From positions 4,960,001 through 5,024,000 of the forward strand of contig CM097888.1 of NCBI GenBank assembly GCA_044892525.1: 64,000 nucleotides of DNA, read 5' to 3'. The notes below the pieces were generated by a model, which searched no databases, was not told where the DNA came from, and was given only the letters and a program-made list of their open reading frames with translations. The number at the start of each line of letters is the position of its first letter. Position 1 is the stretch's first letter. Shown here piece after piece: positions 1 through 13,419 of the stretch. The translations under genes and the position numbers were made by a program. The DNA is from Schmidtea polychroa. Its lineage: Eukaryota.

Positions 1-12
1 ATGAAAATCGGT

Positions 13-243
13 CAATTGAAAAAGTTTATCAGAAAAACACATTCTTTTTAGACCAGATTCTTATGTTGGTTCAATAAAGCCAGAAGAAAAAACATGGATT
101 TTCGATTCTGAAAAAAACTGTATGATTTAAAAAAATTTACATATTATCCAGGCCTTTACAAAATCTATCACGAAATTCTTGTTAATGCTTCGGATAATAA
201 TTTAAGAGATCGTAAAATGTCTTGCATTAGAATCGATATTAAT
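13..243 (+). pseudogene. TOP2: DNA topoisomerase II N-terminal (GHKL ATPase) fragment, frameshifted
   Basis: Manual translation across frameshifts gives IEKVYQK..HILFRPDSYVGSI..WIFD and FTYYPGLYKIYHEILVNASDNNLRDRKMSCIRIDIN. This matches the eukaryotic TOP2 N-terminus (IYQKK..HILLRPDTYIGS..PGLYKIFDEILVNAADNKQRDPKMSCIRV). Confidence 0.85.
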
Positions 244-428
244 CTTCGGTGGTCGATTCCTCAGCTGGTTTAACTCTTCTCGTAATTCCGCTGAAGTATT
301 TACTTCCTCGACTAATTTAAATTGATAACAGTTTAAAATCGAAATTTGCATCGATTAAACACCTCGGCAGGCCGCAATATTTAAAAACGCTAAAATACAT
401 GATTAAAATAACGAAATAATAAAAAACG

Positions 429-2086
429 CTAAAATACAGTTTTACCTAAGATTGTCCCTTCTGCTGTTATAAAGTTAGCATCTTTTTTGCTAAGTTCTTG
501 AACTGCTAACATTGTAGGTTCAAGTGTGATTGATATGCTTTTTAGAACAAGAATATATTTTTCATCAAACTTTTGCAAACCAAGTTCTCCTAACGCATTT
601 TTTATACTTTCAATTAACTTTAAAAATTTACAGCTGATGCCAATGTATTCCAACGAGTTCTTACATCTAAAATTAATCTTAAGTTATTGCCTTCTTTTTG
701 CCGTACATGCTTTAATAGAATTTCAGTACGAATCGATGAATTTTTAAAAAATTTAATTACTTTTCGCATTGCATATAACACTGATTTAATATCAGAAACC
801 AATAAAAACACTCAGAATTTTGTTCCATTTCCATTACTAAATTTCCGTCATCTTCTTCATCAACTTGATTTTCCTCATCTTCATCATATAAAAGTTCTTC
901 ATCATCATATTCAGTCTTATCTTCATCTTCAACTACATCATCTAAATTAACTTTTTTATATAAAATTTTAAGGACGGCTAGATGAATTGCGTGGCTGTAG
1001 CATAATTGTTTTTCTGCTGTAATAATTGAACAATACTTCACCATTACAATTGCTCCATCATTTGTTGGGCAACTATATCCGTTTCTAAATTCATTCCAAA
1101 TTCTTTCAAAAGGTTCTCCATTTAACTCTTTGGTTTTTTCAGCAGTACATTTTTCTTTAATTTCAACTAGTACAAGGACAAATTTTCCTTTGAATTTGAA
1201 TTCAAAAATCTCCGCATTAAAACATCTGTCCACTCGTCAACTGCTATTCTAAATTTCTTTTTTGAATGCAATATTCTTATTAATTCAGTTTTGGTCTCTT
1301 TTTTTTATTCAAAAAAGTTTTATACGTTTTTCGGCGTGGTATAATTACGGCTGGTAACAAAGCCTTTAATTGCATCTGAATGAATCATAGCATTAAATGA
1401 AAATCCATCCTTTTCTTCACATTTCAATAAAAAGATTTTAAAAAGCTCTTAATTGAAGCATTAGATAACTTCATTGTTTTAGATGTTGACGGTTCAGAAT
1501 CAGTATCATTGCATTTATTATTTCTAGAAATAACACATCGTGGTTTATTAATCCAGTGGTGCTGCTTCCCTTACAAATTAGAATTGTTCCGCAGTGATTG
1601 CATTTAGCTTCATTTGCATTGACTTTTTGAAAAAAATTCCAAGCTTCTGATTTACTTTTACTCATTATGCCTATGTTTGTAATTAATATGTTAAAAAATG
1701 ATTAAATAAAACTATTAGAACTTAACATTATAAAAATCTATTAAAGTTGAAAATTTATCAAATAATAATAAAATTATTGTTTAATTTTAATTATAAGTGT
1801 TAAATAAAACAACCCCACATTTAAAATTTCAAGTGTAGGGTGATTTTCCGTATAATAAAAGTCTTTGATTATTCAATGATTAACAATATATTTAAATTAT
1901 ATTGTTAAAGATTTTTTATTTTTAAATTAAAAATTTTTTATTAAATCCCATATAAAATAACGAAATATAATTATTTATTTCAAACTAAGGGTCAAAATAA
2001 ATATTATTTTAATTAAACAATATTAAATTCGATCCCGGGATTTGAATGACATGAGAAATAACTGAATCCCGGGTTTGTATACCCTA
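429..2086 (-). mobile_element. Decayed hAT DNA transposon (BED finger plus transposase fragments)
   Basis: ORF 1471-1665 is a BED zinc finger (AWNFF..AKCNHC..LICKGSSTTGLINH). ORF 620-811 carries LILDVRTRWN, and 429-653 and 757-1233 are further in-line pieces. A TAGGG-type end lies at 2082-2086. Confidence 0.8.
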
Positions 2087-3429
2087 CTGAAGTCTACTTG
2101 TATTCACTTCTTGGTTGATCAGAATTTAATGAAATCAAAGTTAGAATCATGGTTAAATGTAATGGTTAAATTAATCTCTTTTGAAAGCAGTGAAATCTTA
2201 TCCTCTTGAAAATTCACATGTCTCATTAATGCATCAAATTCAAGAAAATATTCCTCTATGTCTTTTGCTGGAACATCTAACGTGTAAGACGTTTTTGCAA
2301 TGGGACTATGATCCTCTTATGTGAAAATATTCTTTTTTTATTCTTAGCTCGTATTCCCATTTTAGATAAATCCAACTCCTCACTAGTTTCAAGTTTAAAA
2401 TGAGTTCTATTCTTTAACCTTTTGGAAAGTTTTTCTAGTCTTTCAAGTCCTCGCTAATTTCAAGATTGAAGTCTTTTGTTTCTAAAGTGAAGACTACTGA
2501 TTTCAACCACACTGTATGCATTATTGAGTCTGAGGTGTTTAATAGGTACTTCAAATCTAGTAACAGAGATTTCTCATTCACAATGGAAAACTTCTTTAGA
2601 GACACAAAGGGCAATTTTTTTGTTGATTTTGGCTCTTAAGACATTGCCATTTTCAAATACTAGATGATTATACTCGAATTTTTCTGTGGACAAAATAGAA
2701 CAAAAATTTAGCATAAAGCGTGTCTTGTGATAGATATGTGGCGGTATATATACCTATTTTTCTGTGTGCAAGGATCTATTCTCACTGGAGAAGACTTTGA
2801 TTTCTATGCCGTGTAATTTTGATATTCTTTGTGATTCCTCATTATTATGTCTGCTATCAGTTAAATCAATTATTTCATAGCCATTTAACCTTCTTTTTGG
2901 TGATTCAATTATAATAATGTTATTTAACCAGTTATTTCTATTGATATTTATGATAGTCTGAGGTTTGAAGCTCTTTACCATTGTCACGGGTGTTTTTTTT
3001 TGTCTTCAAGCAGTGAGAATGATTTCTTATGCCATATATATCAAGATAAAAATATAAGATATCTCCTGTTGTCCTTGAAGATAAGGTTCTTTATTGTTAT
3101 CCCATTTGTAAAGTTCCAACGATCTATTCTCACCGGAGAAGACTTGAGGTTTGAAGCTCTTTACTATTGCACGGGTGTTTGTTTCTTCTGTTTTATTCAA
3201 GTTTTTAAAACATGAAATTATATCAAAAGTTGATAAATTGAAAAATTAAAGAAATTAATTCATCTAACAATTCAAATCGGCATTAAAATTTTAACTTAAC
3301 ATATCCATAGGCGTAATTATTACACCGATGTCCATTAGAAACTACAGGGTACTAAGATTAAAACTATAAATATGTTCGTCGTATTTTACAGGGTTTGAGA
3401 TCTCATCCTGGTTAACACTCGTCTCAATG

Positions 3430-4000
3430 GACGACCTTCCGGGGCCTCCCGCGTTTTCGAGGGGTCGGCTCGTTTTTGGCCTCTATTGATTTGCTGGATG
3501 CGACGTTGGAGTTTGCTTTTAGCCTATGCAACCTCTATCTCGGCCTTTGTAATAATTTACAAAAAAAAATTATCAAAATTATAATTTTATAAAAATTATG
3601 AAATGCCCTACCGGTACAAATATTACACAATACCGTTTATCTTTAGGATATTTGGCGTAATTTATTCTCCTCACTTACATTATAAATAAATAAAAAAAAG
3701 CTGCTGTTAGCATTGGGTTTTGTGTCCACTTTCGAAATGCGAGACTTCCCTGGAGATAAATTATATAGATCCCAGACATCAGTGAGGAACAGCTGGCGTT
3801 CCAGTTTCTATTCTGGTGTTTCTCTGTGCTTAGAGTCCGACAACAAACGCGCTCTTTAGGAGCCCGTAATCATTTCTCCCACCTAGCACATACAATCGGT
3901 TCAGACACGCAAGAAAATAAATAACTGGCTCTCCATTTCATAGTAAATAAGTCTGGAAGTCATCCATTGAACAGATATGAATAAATTAGTTTAAATTGCA
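3430..4000 (-). pseudogene. Possible retrotransposon gag-like relic ending in an AT-hook
   Basis: Minus strand reads GEPVIYFLACLNRLYVLG..LLKSAFVVGL (weak gag-like pattern) and PRKRGRPRKV near 3435-3465; stops are present. Confidence 0.3.
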
Positions 4001-5094
4001 TAAAAAATATTATAAAGTCATCTGTTTTTCTAAATACTATTGTACTATAAATTATATAGATTAGGAATTACCAAAATGAAATACCATGAAAGTGTATGTT
4101 CACAAAATTACCCACAAGGAGTCATATGACAATTCCTCAAAACCAAAATCGGCTTTTCCCGTCCTAGCAAAAATAGTTAACTCTGAATTCAAAAATGTAA
4201 TATTAAGATATGTGAACTGCTTAAATCCATTTTCTGAACAACAGCTTTCGAATGTTTGTGTAAAGAAAATGGTAATTGATAGATATATAATATTAATTAA
4301 GAATCTGATAAATTGAAAAAATTGCAATTTCAATCAATGAAATTCTTACATTTATTAGTACGACTAATTCTATTTCAAGAGCATCAGTAAAATTTGAAAG
4401 TCCAAAGCGCGTGGGCCAATCATTTATAGGGCCATAATTAATCTTACTCAAGAAACTAGTATACTTGCTCACTCTTCTCCTATGATACCTAATCTCGTCA
4501 TGTTTTAATATAGCAAGTACTATATATATAGGACCTAACGCATGCATAAGGGATTCTATTATGACTTTTCGATTCATGATCTTAATGGAAAGGTTCGTGT
4601 TCTTTAATAATATTGAGAGCATCATCCAGATTGTTAGATTTTATGCTTAATTTAAATTTATCACAATTTAAAAGTTTACTCTGTGCTCCCTATTGTATCT
4701 GAATCCCATCTCTGACCCGCGACTTCATCTTAGTGGCGCACTCGAAGACCTTATGTCGGTTAGCAGCCAGATGCTCTTTAACAAAAGGAATTTTATATTT
4801 TGCTCTAAGAGCGAAGATTGTATAATTTCTTGTAGTCTCCACGAAGCACTGCAAACGCTTAAAGAGCACGCACGGATTTGAGGTGTTGGTTAACCTCATC
4901 AAACGAAGAAACCTTAGAGTATTGCTTAACAGGATGCATGTCGTGCACCTGTCCGCCTGACATATTGGTATAAACTTCGTCCCTACCAATGTCAACTGTT
5001 TACATACGCTTACAGACAGGATGGTAAAATTGTCTTTCAGATCGTTTAAGTAATTTTCTAGAACCTATTAAATATTAAATGGAAAAAAATTATA

Positions 5095-5280
5095 AAAATT
5101 ACCATGGGGATTGTCACATCCACCCCGTTCATTGTTTGATCAACTAATCCATGGAGGATATTCAAAATTCTCTATTGCGTCTATCAATTTAATTATCTTC
5201 CCAAAAAGGACTATGGCTTCCAACAAAAAACAAATTACGATTGCGGAGCTCTCTTGTATGGGCTTCCATGTTGAGTAAAT
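5095..5280 (+). pseudogene. Possible cysteine protease (adenain/Ulp1-like) relic of a Polinton
   Basis: Fragments WGLSHPP and QQKTNYDCGA (Q-x5-CG) lie immediately upstream of the Polinton PLA2 relic; highly degenerate. Confidence 0.25.
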
Positions 5281-5369
5281 TTAAGACTGAAATGTCTTAA
5301 GAAATTTAAATTTGATTTATCTTAGTTATTCTCTTAGTAATATTAATAAATGATATTCAAATTCAAATG

Positions 5370-5560
5370 CCTAAATTCAAAAATGAAAATCATCTTAATA
5401 TTTACAATTTTTGTGGTCCTGGAACTAGGGCAAATATTAGATTGGATAAAAATAAAAAACCAACACACTGAAATGTTCCTATAAATAGAATATACGAATA
5501 ATGTATGAAACATGATATTTCATATGCTTCTAAAGATAAGATAGTTTTAAAGTCGACATG
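5370..5560 (+). pseudogene. Parvovirus-VP1u-like phospholipase A2 (Polinton-associated), inactivated
   Basis: From 5403 the frame reads YNFCGPGTRANIRL...PINRIYE*CMKHDISY, i.e. the YxGPG calcium loop and catalytic HDxxY; two in-frame stops. Confidence 0.8.
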
Positions 5561-6211
5561 AGATTATTTTATGATATTGATAATATTCGTGGTAAAACTG
5601 TAGAAGTTGTAGGTATTTGTTTGTATTTAAATTTAAGTTGTTTGTATTTAAATTAAAAATATTTGCTGAGAGCTATTTACATGATTTAACTGATAAAATC
5701 AGATTAAAATCTTTAAAAGAAATGGAAAACTACGCGAAAAATTTAGAATATTCCTTTACAATTGCCAAATTTCTTAATACAACAAAGACTTTGTATTACA
5801 AAATATTCATGTTAATTGGTACTGCAAAATACAGCAAAGTTAGATTAGTAATAGATGCAGTTATTGATTGTTGATGTCCTGAGTGTGATCGCTAATCGAA
5901 ATTATTTGCCGATCTACAGTGCTCGAATTGTTAATTGAATTCCTCAAATGTTTGGCTAACTCATTTATCAAATTTTATATAATTTGATTGAAAATTGTTT
6001 TTTTTTGTCCCTTAAACTAAAATTTGTAGTCGTATATATATAAACTATTTTAAGTAATTACTAAATACTAATAATAATTAATTTTATTTAATTGGAAAAC
6101 TTCCCTAATGCATTTATCCCGGCTCCTACAATACATTATTTCCATATAATCATTATCAGCGAAATCATTATGGAAGATTCCATAGATGAGATGGACAATA
6201 TTCAATATATG

Positions 6212-7047
6212 GGGATCCGGATAAAACACCGAAACAAAAAACTCGAAATTAAAACTTCGAAAACAAAAACACCGAAAAATATAATTTCGAAATGCAAAAA
6301 CATCGAAAAATAAAATATCGAAAACATAAACATCGAAAGCATTTTTATTATTTAAAAAACATGACATTTGAGGGGCGTGTTTGTAAATTTTGACATTTGA
6401 GGAGGCGTGGTTGTTGATGTTACAATTTTAACATTTGTTGACTTTTAAAACTATTAGGCCGCTTGAAGTTCTAAATTATGGGCTAAACCTCTTAAATAAT
6501 CTAAAGTGTTTCGAGTTCCATATGACTCTACTATAGACTTGATTCTTCTGGCAGTTTCGATATAAATTCTTTTTGATGGTGGTGGATTAATTCCTGACGT
6601 TAATTGTTCCAATTTCAATCGAGTCAGGCCTTCTTCTTTCTTTAAAATTTCAAGAAAACGCCAGAAATTTGGGTTACTTGATGCCATCAACAGTGTGGCA
6701 TCTTCCTTTGCACTTAAATGTCAAATATTCCACACATTTCCAATAAGTTTTTTCGTTATGTTGCCTATCTTTTTGATAAAGAAAACTATTATATAAAAGT
6801 TGATTAACACCTTTTTGACTTTTAATAAATTTAATCTCCATTTTTATAATTGGAATCAATATTTAGCTAATTTAATAATTTAACTATGAAGAAATGAAAG
6901 GAAACGGAAACAATTTAAAGGGACTTTTTATTAATTTTTCGATATTTTGTTTTCGATATTTTTGTTTTCGATATTTTTTCTATTCGATATTTTATTTTCG
7001 GTGTTTTTGTTTTAGTTTTTTTAATTTTCGGTATTTTGTCCGGGATT
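6212..7047 (-). mobile_element. Internally deleted MULE (FLYWCH-type) element
   Basis: ORF 6674-6859 is a FLYWCH finger (LLYNSFLY..TYWKC..CKGR), joined to ORF 6454-6690, a MULE-type C-terminus (PNFWRFLEILKKEE..YLRGLAHN). Imperfect inverted ends (CCGGAyAAAAyACCGAAA) with arrays of short CGAAA subrepeats. Confidence 0.75.
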
Positions 7048-7084
7048 AAAATATATGATGTCGAACCATCACCGGGATATCGAC

Positions 7085-7850
7085 AATATCGACAATATGA
7101 AAATGAAATAATATTTTGGGAAGATTTTGAACATCCAATGAAAATAGAACACGTGTCAAAATTTGAAAAATTGAACAATCTTAGAATTAATATTTATGAA
7201 TTAGATGGGGAGAAAATCATACCAATTTATATTTCGAAAGAAACAATTTCTGATACAACAAGCTTATTAATATTAGAAAAGGATTCAATTTCTCATTATG
7301 TTTGGATAAAAAATTTTCAAAGTTTTATGAGATCTCAATCATCAAGATCTAATAGGGTTAGAGGACACACTTGTGAAAGATGTCTTTATTATTCAACTTC
7401 TGAAAATGTAAAAATAAAACATGAAAGATTATGTCAACAAAATAAACCAGCACTAATAAAATGCCAACTCTCTGTGAGATGAAATTTAAAAAATATTCAA
7501 ATTTATTAGAATCTCTTGTTACAATTTATGGAGATTTTGAAGCTATTAATATAAAACAAGATTTGGAACAAGAATACATAAATATTATAGAAAAAATGAT
7601 TTAGTAGAATCTTGGTATCAGTATAATCTAGCAAATGATTTAGCAGAATCTTGGTTTAGATATGCTGGATTTGAAAATGAATTGGATAAAATGAAAGATT
7701 TTCTCAAGATGAATAAAAATCTTTTACAATAACAATGGCTCAACAACTTCCATCAGCATATCATCTATTTATTAAAAGTAATTATCCCGAAATAATTAAA
7801 TCATTTGAAATAGTATATCGAGGAACTAAATCAGCAGACCAAGTGTTTTC
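7085..7850 (+). pseudogene. Polinton/Maverick protein-primed DNA polymerase B, N-terminal fragment
   Basis: HPMKIEHVSKFEKLNNLRINIY..SHYVWIKNF..CERCL..HERLC, then after a frameshift VTIYGDFEAI (Exo I YxDFE) and later ..YRG..; typical of the Polinton pPolB N-terminus. Confidence 0.8.
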
Positions 7851-7897
7851 GTCTAAAACAAGTCAAAAGAATCTTTCTGTAATTAATCGCCATATCT

Positions 7898-8097
7898 CGA
7901 AAATTTATATTTAACAAAAGTAAAAAAATATTTTAATTCATATTATTGTTCTAAATTTAATTAATTTGTGACTATTCTGCATACCTACCGAATATAAAAC
8001 ATAACAAGCGGAATATAAAACAGAAACATTGAAAAAAATGTCACAAAAATTCTAGTTAAAAAATTCAAGATCAAAAACCCTAGGAATTTTTAAAAAA
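7898..8097. repeat. ~200-bp direct repeat, second copy at 9885-10083
   Basis: Near-identical blocks from CGAAAATTTATATTTAACAAAAG to AAAACCCTAGGAATTTTTAAAAA. Confidence 0.9.
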
Positions 8098-8233
8098 AAC
8101 ATTGAAGTAGGGTGGGGTCTAGGATTGGAACACCCAACTTCAAATCTAAAATTTATTTAATGTAAGCATTGAAGGTGTAGTGGTGTCTAAAATAGGTGAG
8201 GGTAAGCCGGTGTTCCAATTATATACACTACTA
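8098..8233 (-). repeat. Partial inverted copy of the AGTAGT-ended mini-element at 14502-14721
   Basis: Reverse complement of about 14502-14640, ending in ...TATACACTACT; a shorter copy of the end is at 8721-8748. Confidence 0.85.
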
Positions 8234-9245
8234 GACGTTAACATATAAAAATTGAAAAATCTAACCATGGAATATTATTTGAAGATGAAATTATTTCACC
8301 TTCAAAATTATTTGATGGAATATTATTATTATTTGATTGAGTTAAATTCACCGGGTTGGTATTATCAGTTGGCAAAGATTGTGTACTTCACAGTAATTAA
8401 TTAATAATTAAAAATAATTGTAGTATTACTGTTGAAAATAGCCATATGGCACTACGTCTACTAAAAATCATTATTGAATACCAAGCAAACAAATAATTAA
8501 ACACAAAAACATTTAATAGGATCTTCAGAACTCAAGCGGCTTGGTTGGTTAGATTTAGCAACTTCACAGTAATTAATTAATAATTAAAAATAATTGTAGT
8601 ATTACTGTTGAAAATAGCCATATAGCACTACGTCTACTAAAAATCATTATTAAATACCAAGCAAACAAATAATTAAACACAAAAATAATTAAAAAATAAT
8701 TAAACAAAAAGACAAAAAAAAGCCGGTGTTCCAATTATATACACTACTAGACTTTAACATATAAAAATATAAAAATTGAAAAATCTAACCATGGAATATT
8801 ATTTGAAGATGAAATTATTTCACCTTCAAAATTATTTGATGGAATATTATTATTATTTGATTGAGTTAAATTCACCGGGTTGGTATTATCATTTGGCAAA
8901 GATTGTGTGGCAATAGGATCTTCAGAACTTAAACGGCATGGTTGGTTAGATTTAGCAATTTCACAGTAATTAATTAATAATTAAAAAAATAATAATTATA
9001 TAGCACTACGTCTACTAAAAATCATTATTGAATACCAAGCAAACAAATAATTAAACACAAAAACATTTAATAGGATCTTCAGAACTCAAACGGCATGGTT
9101 GGTTAGATTTAGTAACTTCACAGTAATTAATTAATAATTAAAAATAATTGTAGTATTACTGTTGAAAATAGCCATATAGCACTACGTCTACTAAAAATCA
9201 TTATTAAATACCAAGCAAACAAATAATTAAACACAAAAACATTTA
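8206..9245. repeat. Nested tandem duplications (~180-bp units)
   Basis: Block 8206-8385 recurs at 8721-8908. A ~178-bp unit (CACAGTAATTAATTAATAATT..GCACTACGTCTACT..) occurs about four times. Confidence 0.85.
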
Positions 9246-9399
9246 ATTGAAAAAAACATAATTAATTAAAATTAGAAAACCGCAAGAAGTTGTAAATTGG
9301 AACATATTTTAAAGAAATAAAAATAAAAACAATAATAAATTAAAATTAAAAAAGAAAAACTAAATTAATTAATTAAATAAATATTAAAAGAAATCCGTT

Positions 9400-10110
9400 T
9401 GTTTAGTAATGTTTTATGCTTTACTTACGATCGCAGTCTAAACTTTAATGTATAATTGCATACAGTACCAACGCGTCTCACCCACTCGGGTATGCAGTTG
9501 GTTGCTGTAAATTGTCGTGTTCGGAGTTCTAGCGTTTGTCATTGAGATAGGTTGTCATAAAGCACTATAGCATATAAAAACCCTTAGAACGTCAACTATA
9601 ATATTCGTAATATTCCCGTTTTTTCTCCTGAGTTGAGTTTGATAAATCTTTTTTTTTTGAAACACTCGATTTCACCAAAAATTTATCCATCCGTGTTTAT
9701 TAAATTGTTCCATTATTATTATATAAATATTTCTAGAATAAATAAAGTTTTTAAATAATTGAAGTAAATTCAAAAAATTATCTCGAATGTCTTATAAGTA
9801 AACATTGGAGATATCAGGTAGCACTACACAAAACGCACAATTAGTATCAAATTAACTAATAACAGGTGGATTTGAGTCCATTCTCGAAAATTTATATTTA
9901 ACAAAAGTAAAAATAATTTAATTCATATTTTTGTTCTAATTTTAATTAATTTGTGACTATTCTGCATACCTACCGAATATAAAACATAACAAGCGGAATA
10001 TAAAACAGAAACATTGAAAAAAATGTCACAAAAATTCTAGTTAAAAAATTCAAGATCAAAAACCCTAGGAATTTTTAAAAATCTCACGACACAGAAGTTG
10101 GGAAACACTG
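9400..10110 (-). mobile_element. hAT (Buster/ZBED-like) 5' relic
   Basis: Minus-strand end CAGTGTTTCCCAAC at 10110; a decayed frame begins MDKFLVK..KKREYYEYY..GF. Confidence 0.5.
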
Positions 10111-10328
10111 GTTTTTTTCAAAATCTGAAATATCCATTCATCAGAAAACTGAATAAATTCTTTGGGAATAATATTATTCAGAAATATTATATAATTTGTT
10201 AATTACATCAGTAATTTTGTGAACTCAAAACGAAAATTTCAAGTAATTAATATTTAAACGATTTATCTAATTTGGTTAAAAATATATGATTAAAGTCTGA
10301 ATTATTGAAAAGGTTAGACTCCGTTTAA

Positions 10329-10780
10329 CCCTTTGCACTTCAGCCTATTGATTCACATAGTACGCGTACAACTCCAGCACTATATTATAATTCTAATTAA
10401 TTAATTACATACTGATATATGGTAACAAAATACGGATGCTGCAATAAAAAAATGTATTCCTTAATTACAAGCTTAAGTTTATATATTTTTAAATAAAATA
10501 CAAATTTTATGTTTTGTAATTTTTCATACTATATTTTTGTAAACATTCTTCTATATGCAGGCGGGATTTTCCAGGGCAACTATCACGAAATTCACTAGTT
10601 TCAAGTTTTTTCCTTTTTCGTTTTCTTTCTTGTTTCTTTCCCTTTCGTATTATATAAAGCTTCAGATACTGACGCTGAAAGTTTTAATCGTTCTTTTCGG
10701 ATCGCTTGACGTACTTCAAATGGGACAGTGGATTTTCATTTTTATTCTTTTTCACATCTCCAATAACGTTTAGTAGTCAT
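10329..10780 (-). mobile_element. piggyBac 3' end relic
   Basis: TTAA|CCCTTTG end at 10325-10335 and palindrome GTACGCGTAC at 10359-10368. Minus strand reads RKKT..SCPGKSRLHIEECLQKY, a degenerate cysteine-rich C-terminal domain. Confidence 0.6.
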
Positions 10781-10789
10781 TTTTAAAAA

Positions 10790-13251
10790 GTTAAAATTTA
10801 ATTATAATAATTTTCATTCTCCTCTAACATTCTCAATTATTGAAATCTATCCACCATATAACTTAATTTCTAATTTCTTTTCTTCAAGAATTAATGTATA
10901 TGTCGTAGACAAATTGTAATTTTAGGAAAATAACATTTGGTTAGGAAAATGCTATTTGCCTGGTCAAATAGCTTTAGCTATTATTTCATTTCCATTTGAC
11001 TAGGAAAATAGCATTTTGCCCAGGCAAAAGCCATTTGGCTAAATCATTGTTGGGCAAATAATTCTAATATTATTGATATATTTTACTGCTAAAGAACACA
11101 GCTGGAATTTACATTCTGGGTTTCGAATTTTTAGGTTAGGTTATACTTGACCATTAAGTTTTCTTAGATTGTTCTTAAGTGAAGCGAGGCAACCTACTGA
11201 CAAATTTGATCATTTCCAATGCACCCTGCTCTAAAATTTTTTTAGCAATTCATAGGCAACTTCAACTGCTTTTTTGCTTTTCAATGGCCTTAAATATAAA
11301 AATTTAGTAGCATGATCTTGATAATTTAACAACCACTTAAATTCCCCATCCGCACAACTTTGAAAGTCAATAAGATCTACTTGTCCTCTTACATTAATCT
11401 CTAGATTTTATAGGTTTTACTACTAAACCCTTTTTTCTCTGAGTTTTTTTTAAATTGCAGGTATGACATAGTTGAATAAAAATTTCAACAGCAATTTTTG
11501 GAACATTGTACTTTTTCTTTAGCATATGTAAAACTTTATCTCTTCCTCCATGTCCCGTCGCCAAATGTTGTTCTGAAATTTTATCATAAAATTCTTCAAT
11601 AGGTGTCATGTAAATAATGTCATGATCGGTAGTCTTTGTATTTAATATTATTTTTGTTATGCCAGCAATTTCTACAAGACCATATTTAGATGAATAATAT
11701 TTCTCGAGTGAAGACATCTCTCGTGGCATTTTTGTTTGACACTGTTTTAAAATCATTATAATTTCTATTTTTTCAGAATTCCATGGTTTTTTTACAGTTG
11801 TGGATTTATATTTTTTATTTAAATGAAGATAAAATTCATCCTTGTCAAGCCTAAAAAATTATTTACAAATTAACAACTGTTAACAACATAACCTTAAAAT
11901 CTGATATTTGAGCAATATAAAATTCTATAATTAAAATATGGTAACATCACTAAAATAATGAAGTATTTACTTACTTAAAAAGTTGCAGTGGTTTTAGTTA
12001 CCGAGGAACAATATATTTAAAAAAAGAATACATTAATGGTTATTTCAATTTTTTTCTTCATATCATTAGAATTATTTGCCCAACAATGATTTAGCCAAAT
12101 GTTATTTTCCTAAAATTACCATTTGCCTACGACATATATATTTTTGCTTTAAAATTAGAATCCGTTTTTATATGGAGAGTAACATCAACATTATTTATAG
12201 CCAATCTATCATCTTGATCTGAAACATTTATACAAAATATAGAATACAAATTTTTGAAATCTTCTAAACTTAATTGTGGTTTTATTTTGAAGTTTTGGCA
12301 CATTTTCATATGGAAATATATTTTCATTGTTTTCTATATTAAACTCCATTCTATTTACTGGATAATAAGCATTATTCAATTGAATTTGAATTGAATTTAA
12401 ATGATCATCTCCAATCTTTTGAATAAGCAAGTTATTATTTTTTGAAAGGATGGATCTATTTCTTTGAATCCAATTAAAATATATCTTGGTCGATATGCTA
12501 AATTTGCAATCTTTTTAGAATATGTTGAACCTTCTCTCATGTCAAATACACTGCATATTCTATTTAAATAATTTACATTTATGGACTTGTTGGAATCTAA
12601 TCTTTCTAAAAGTTTAATTCCAGCGTGTGGATTTAATGTCCATTTGGGTATATGTAATTCAATCGTTGTTAATTTTAATTAACCTTTTGTATCTGCAGCT
12701 CCATAGAATAATACTATTCTATTACAAAGTAATTCTATGAAAACATTATGGAGTATACGATTATAGTTTTGAAAGAATCCAAATAAATATTTTAATTCGA
12801 AATAACCTTCAAATTTGTAAAGTTCAGACTTGTAAAGTTTAACACATTTATCATAACCATAATTTGTATCTAAACCATCTATATCTGTGTCACCTTTATT
12901 TACATCAGGGATCCAACCTGTTAATTCACCATATTCATTTTTGTAATCACAACTAGTCAAAACAAAATTTAACATTGAAGAATATACACCTGGATACAAA
13001 TGATTTTCAACTTCTGAGGGTCCTAATTTTAATCTCATGTTGGAGAAGAAATTATTTTCTAGGGTTATATCTTTGTTTGCTTCAATCTCTAATTCAATTT
13101 TGTAATATAATTTTGCATTACAAATATCTATAGGGTTTAATATTTGAAGAGATTTAAAAACTATATTACCTGAACGATTTAAATTTGAAATGGAACCAGA
13201 AGTTGGACAGATTTTAAGTACATCATTTTTCTTGATTTTATGAATAATCAA
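10790..13251 (-). pseudogene. Polinton/Adintovirus major capsid protein, split by a Ginger-like insertion
   Basis: ORFs 12679-13251, 12209-12430 and 12127-12327 give LENNFF..YPG..GWIPD..LFGFFQNY..PRYILIGF..LNNAYYP..FKNLYSIFCIN..DVTLHI. The frame resumes (YTLILEEK) below 10900 once 10901-12134 is removed. Confidence 0.75.
10901..12134 (-). mobile_element. Ginger2/KRBA2-like integrase DNA transposon, internally deleted
   Basis: Long TIRs starting TGTCGTAG(A/G)CAAAT..TAATTTTAGGAAAATAACATTTGG, TGT...ACA ends, 4-bp TATA duplication (10897-10900, 12135-12138). The protein has H..TGHGGRDK..C..C and RGQVDLIDFQS..YQDHATKF..GAP. Confidence 0.85.
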
Positions 13252-13419
13252 GATTTAATTAATTTTTTTATGAAATCTCGAGATTTATATTGTTCAATTT
13301 TATAATAAAAATTTAGAATTTTTCAATTTTTATATTTTTCTTTTATTGATAAAACTTGTCATAATGTGACCCTCTAATTTTTAGAATTTTATAAATATAA
13401 AATGACAAAAAACCGAACC

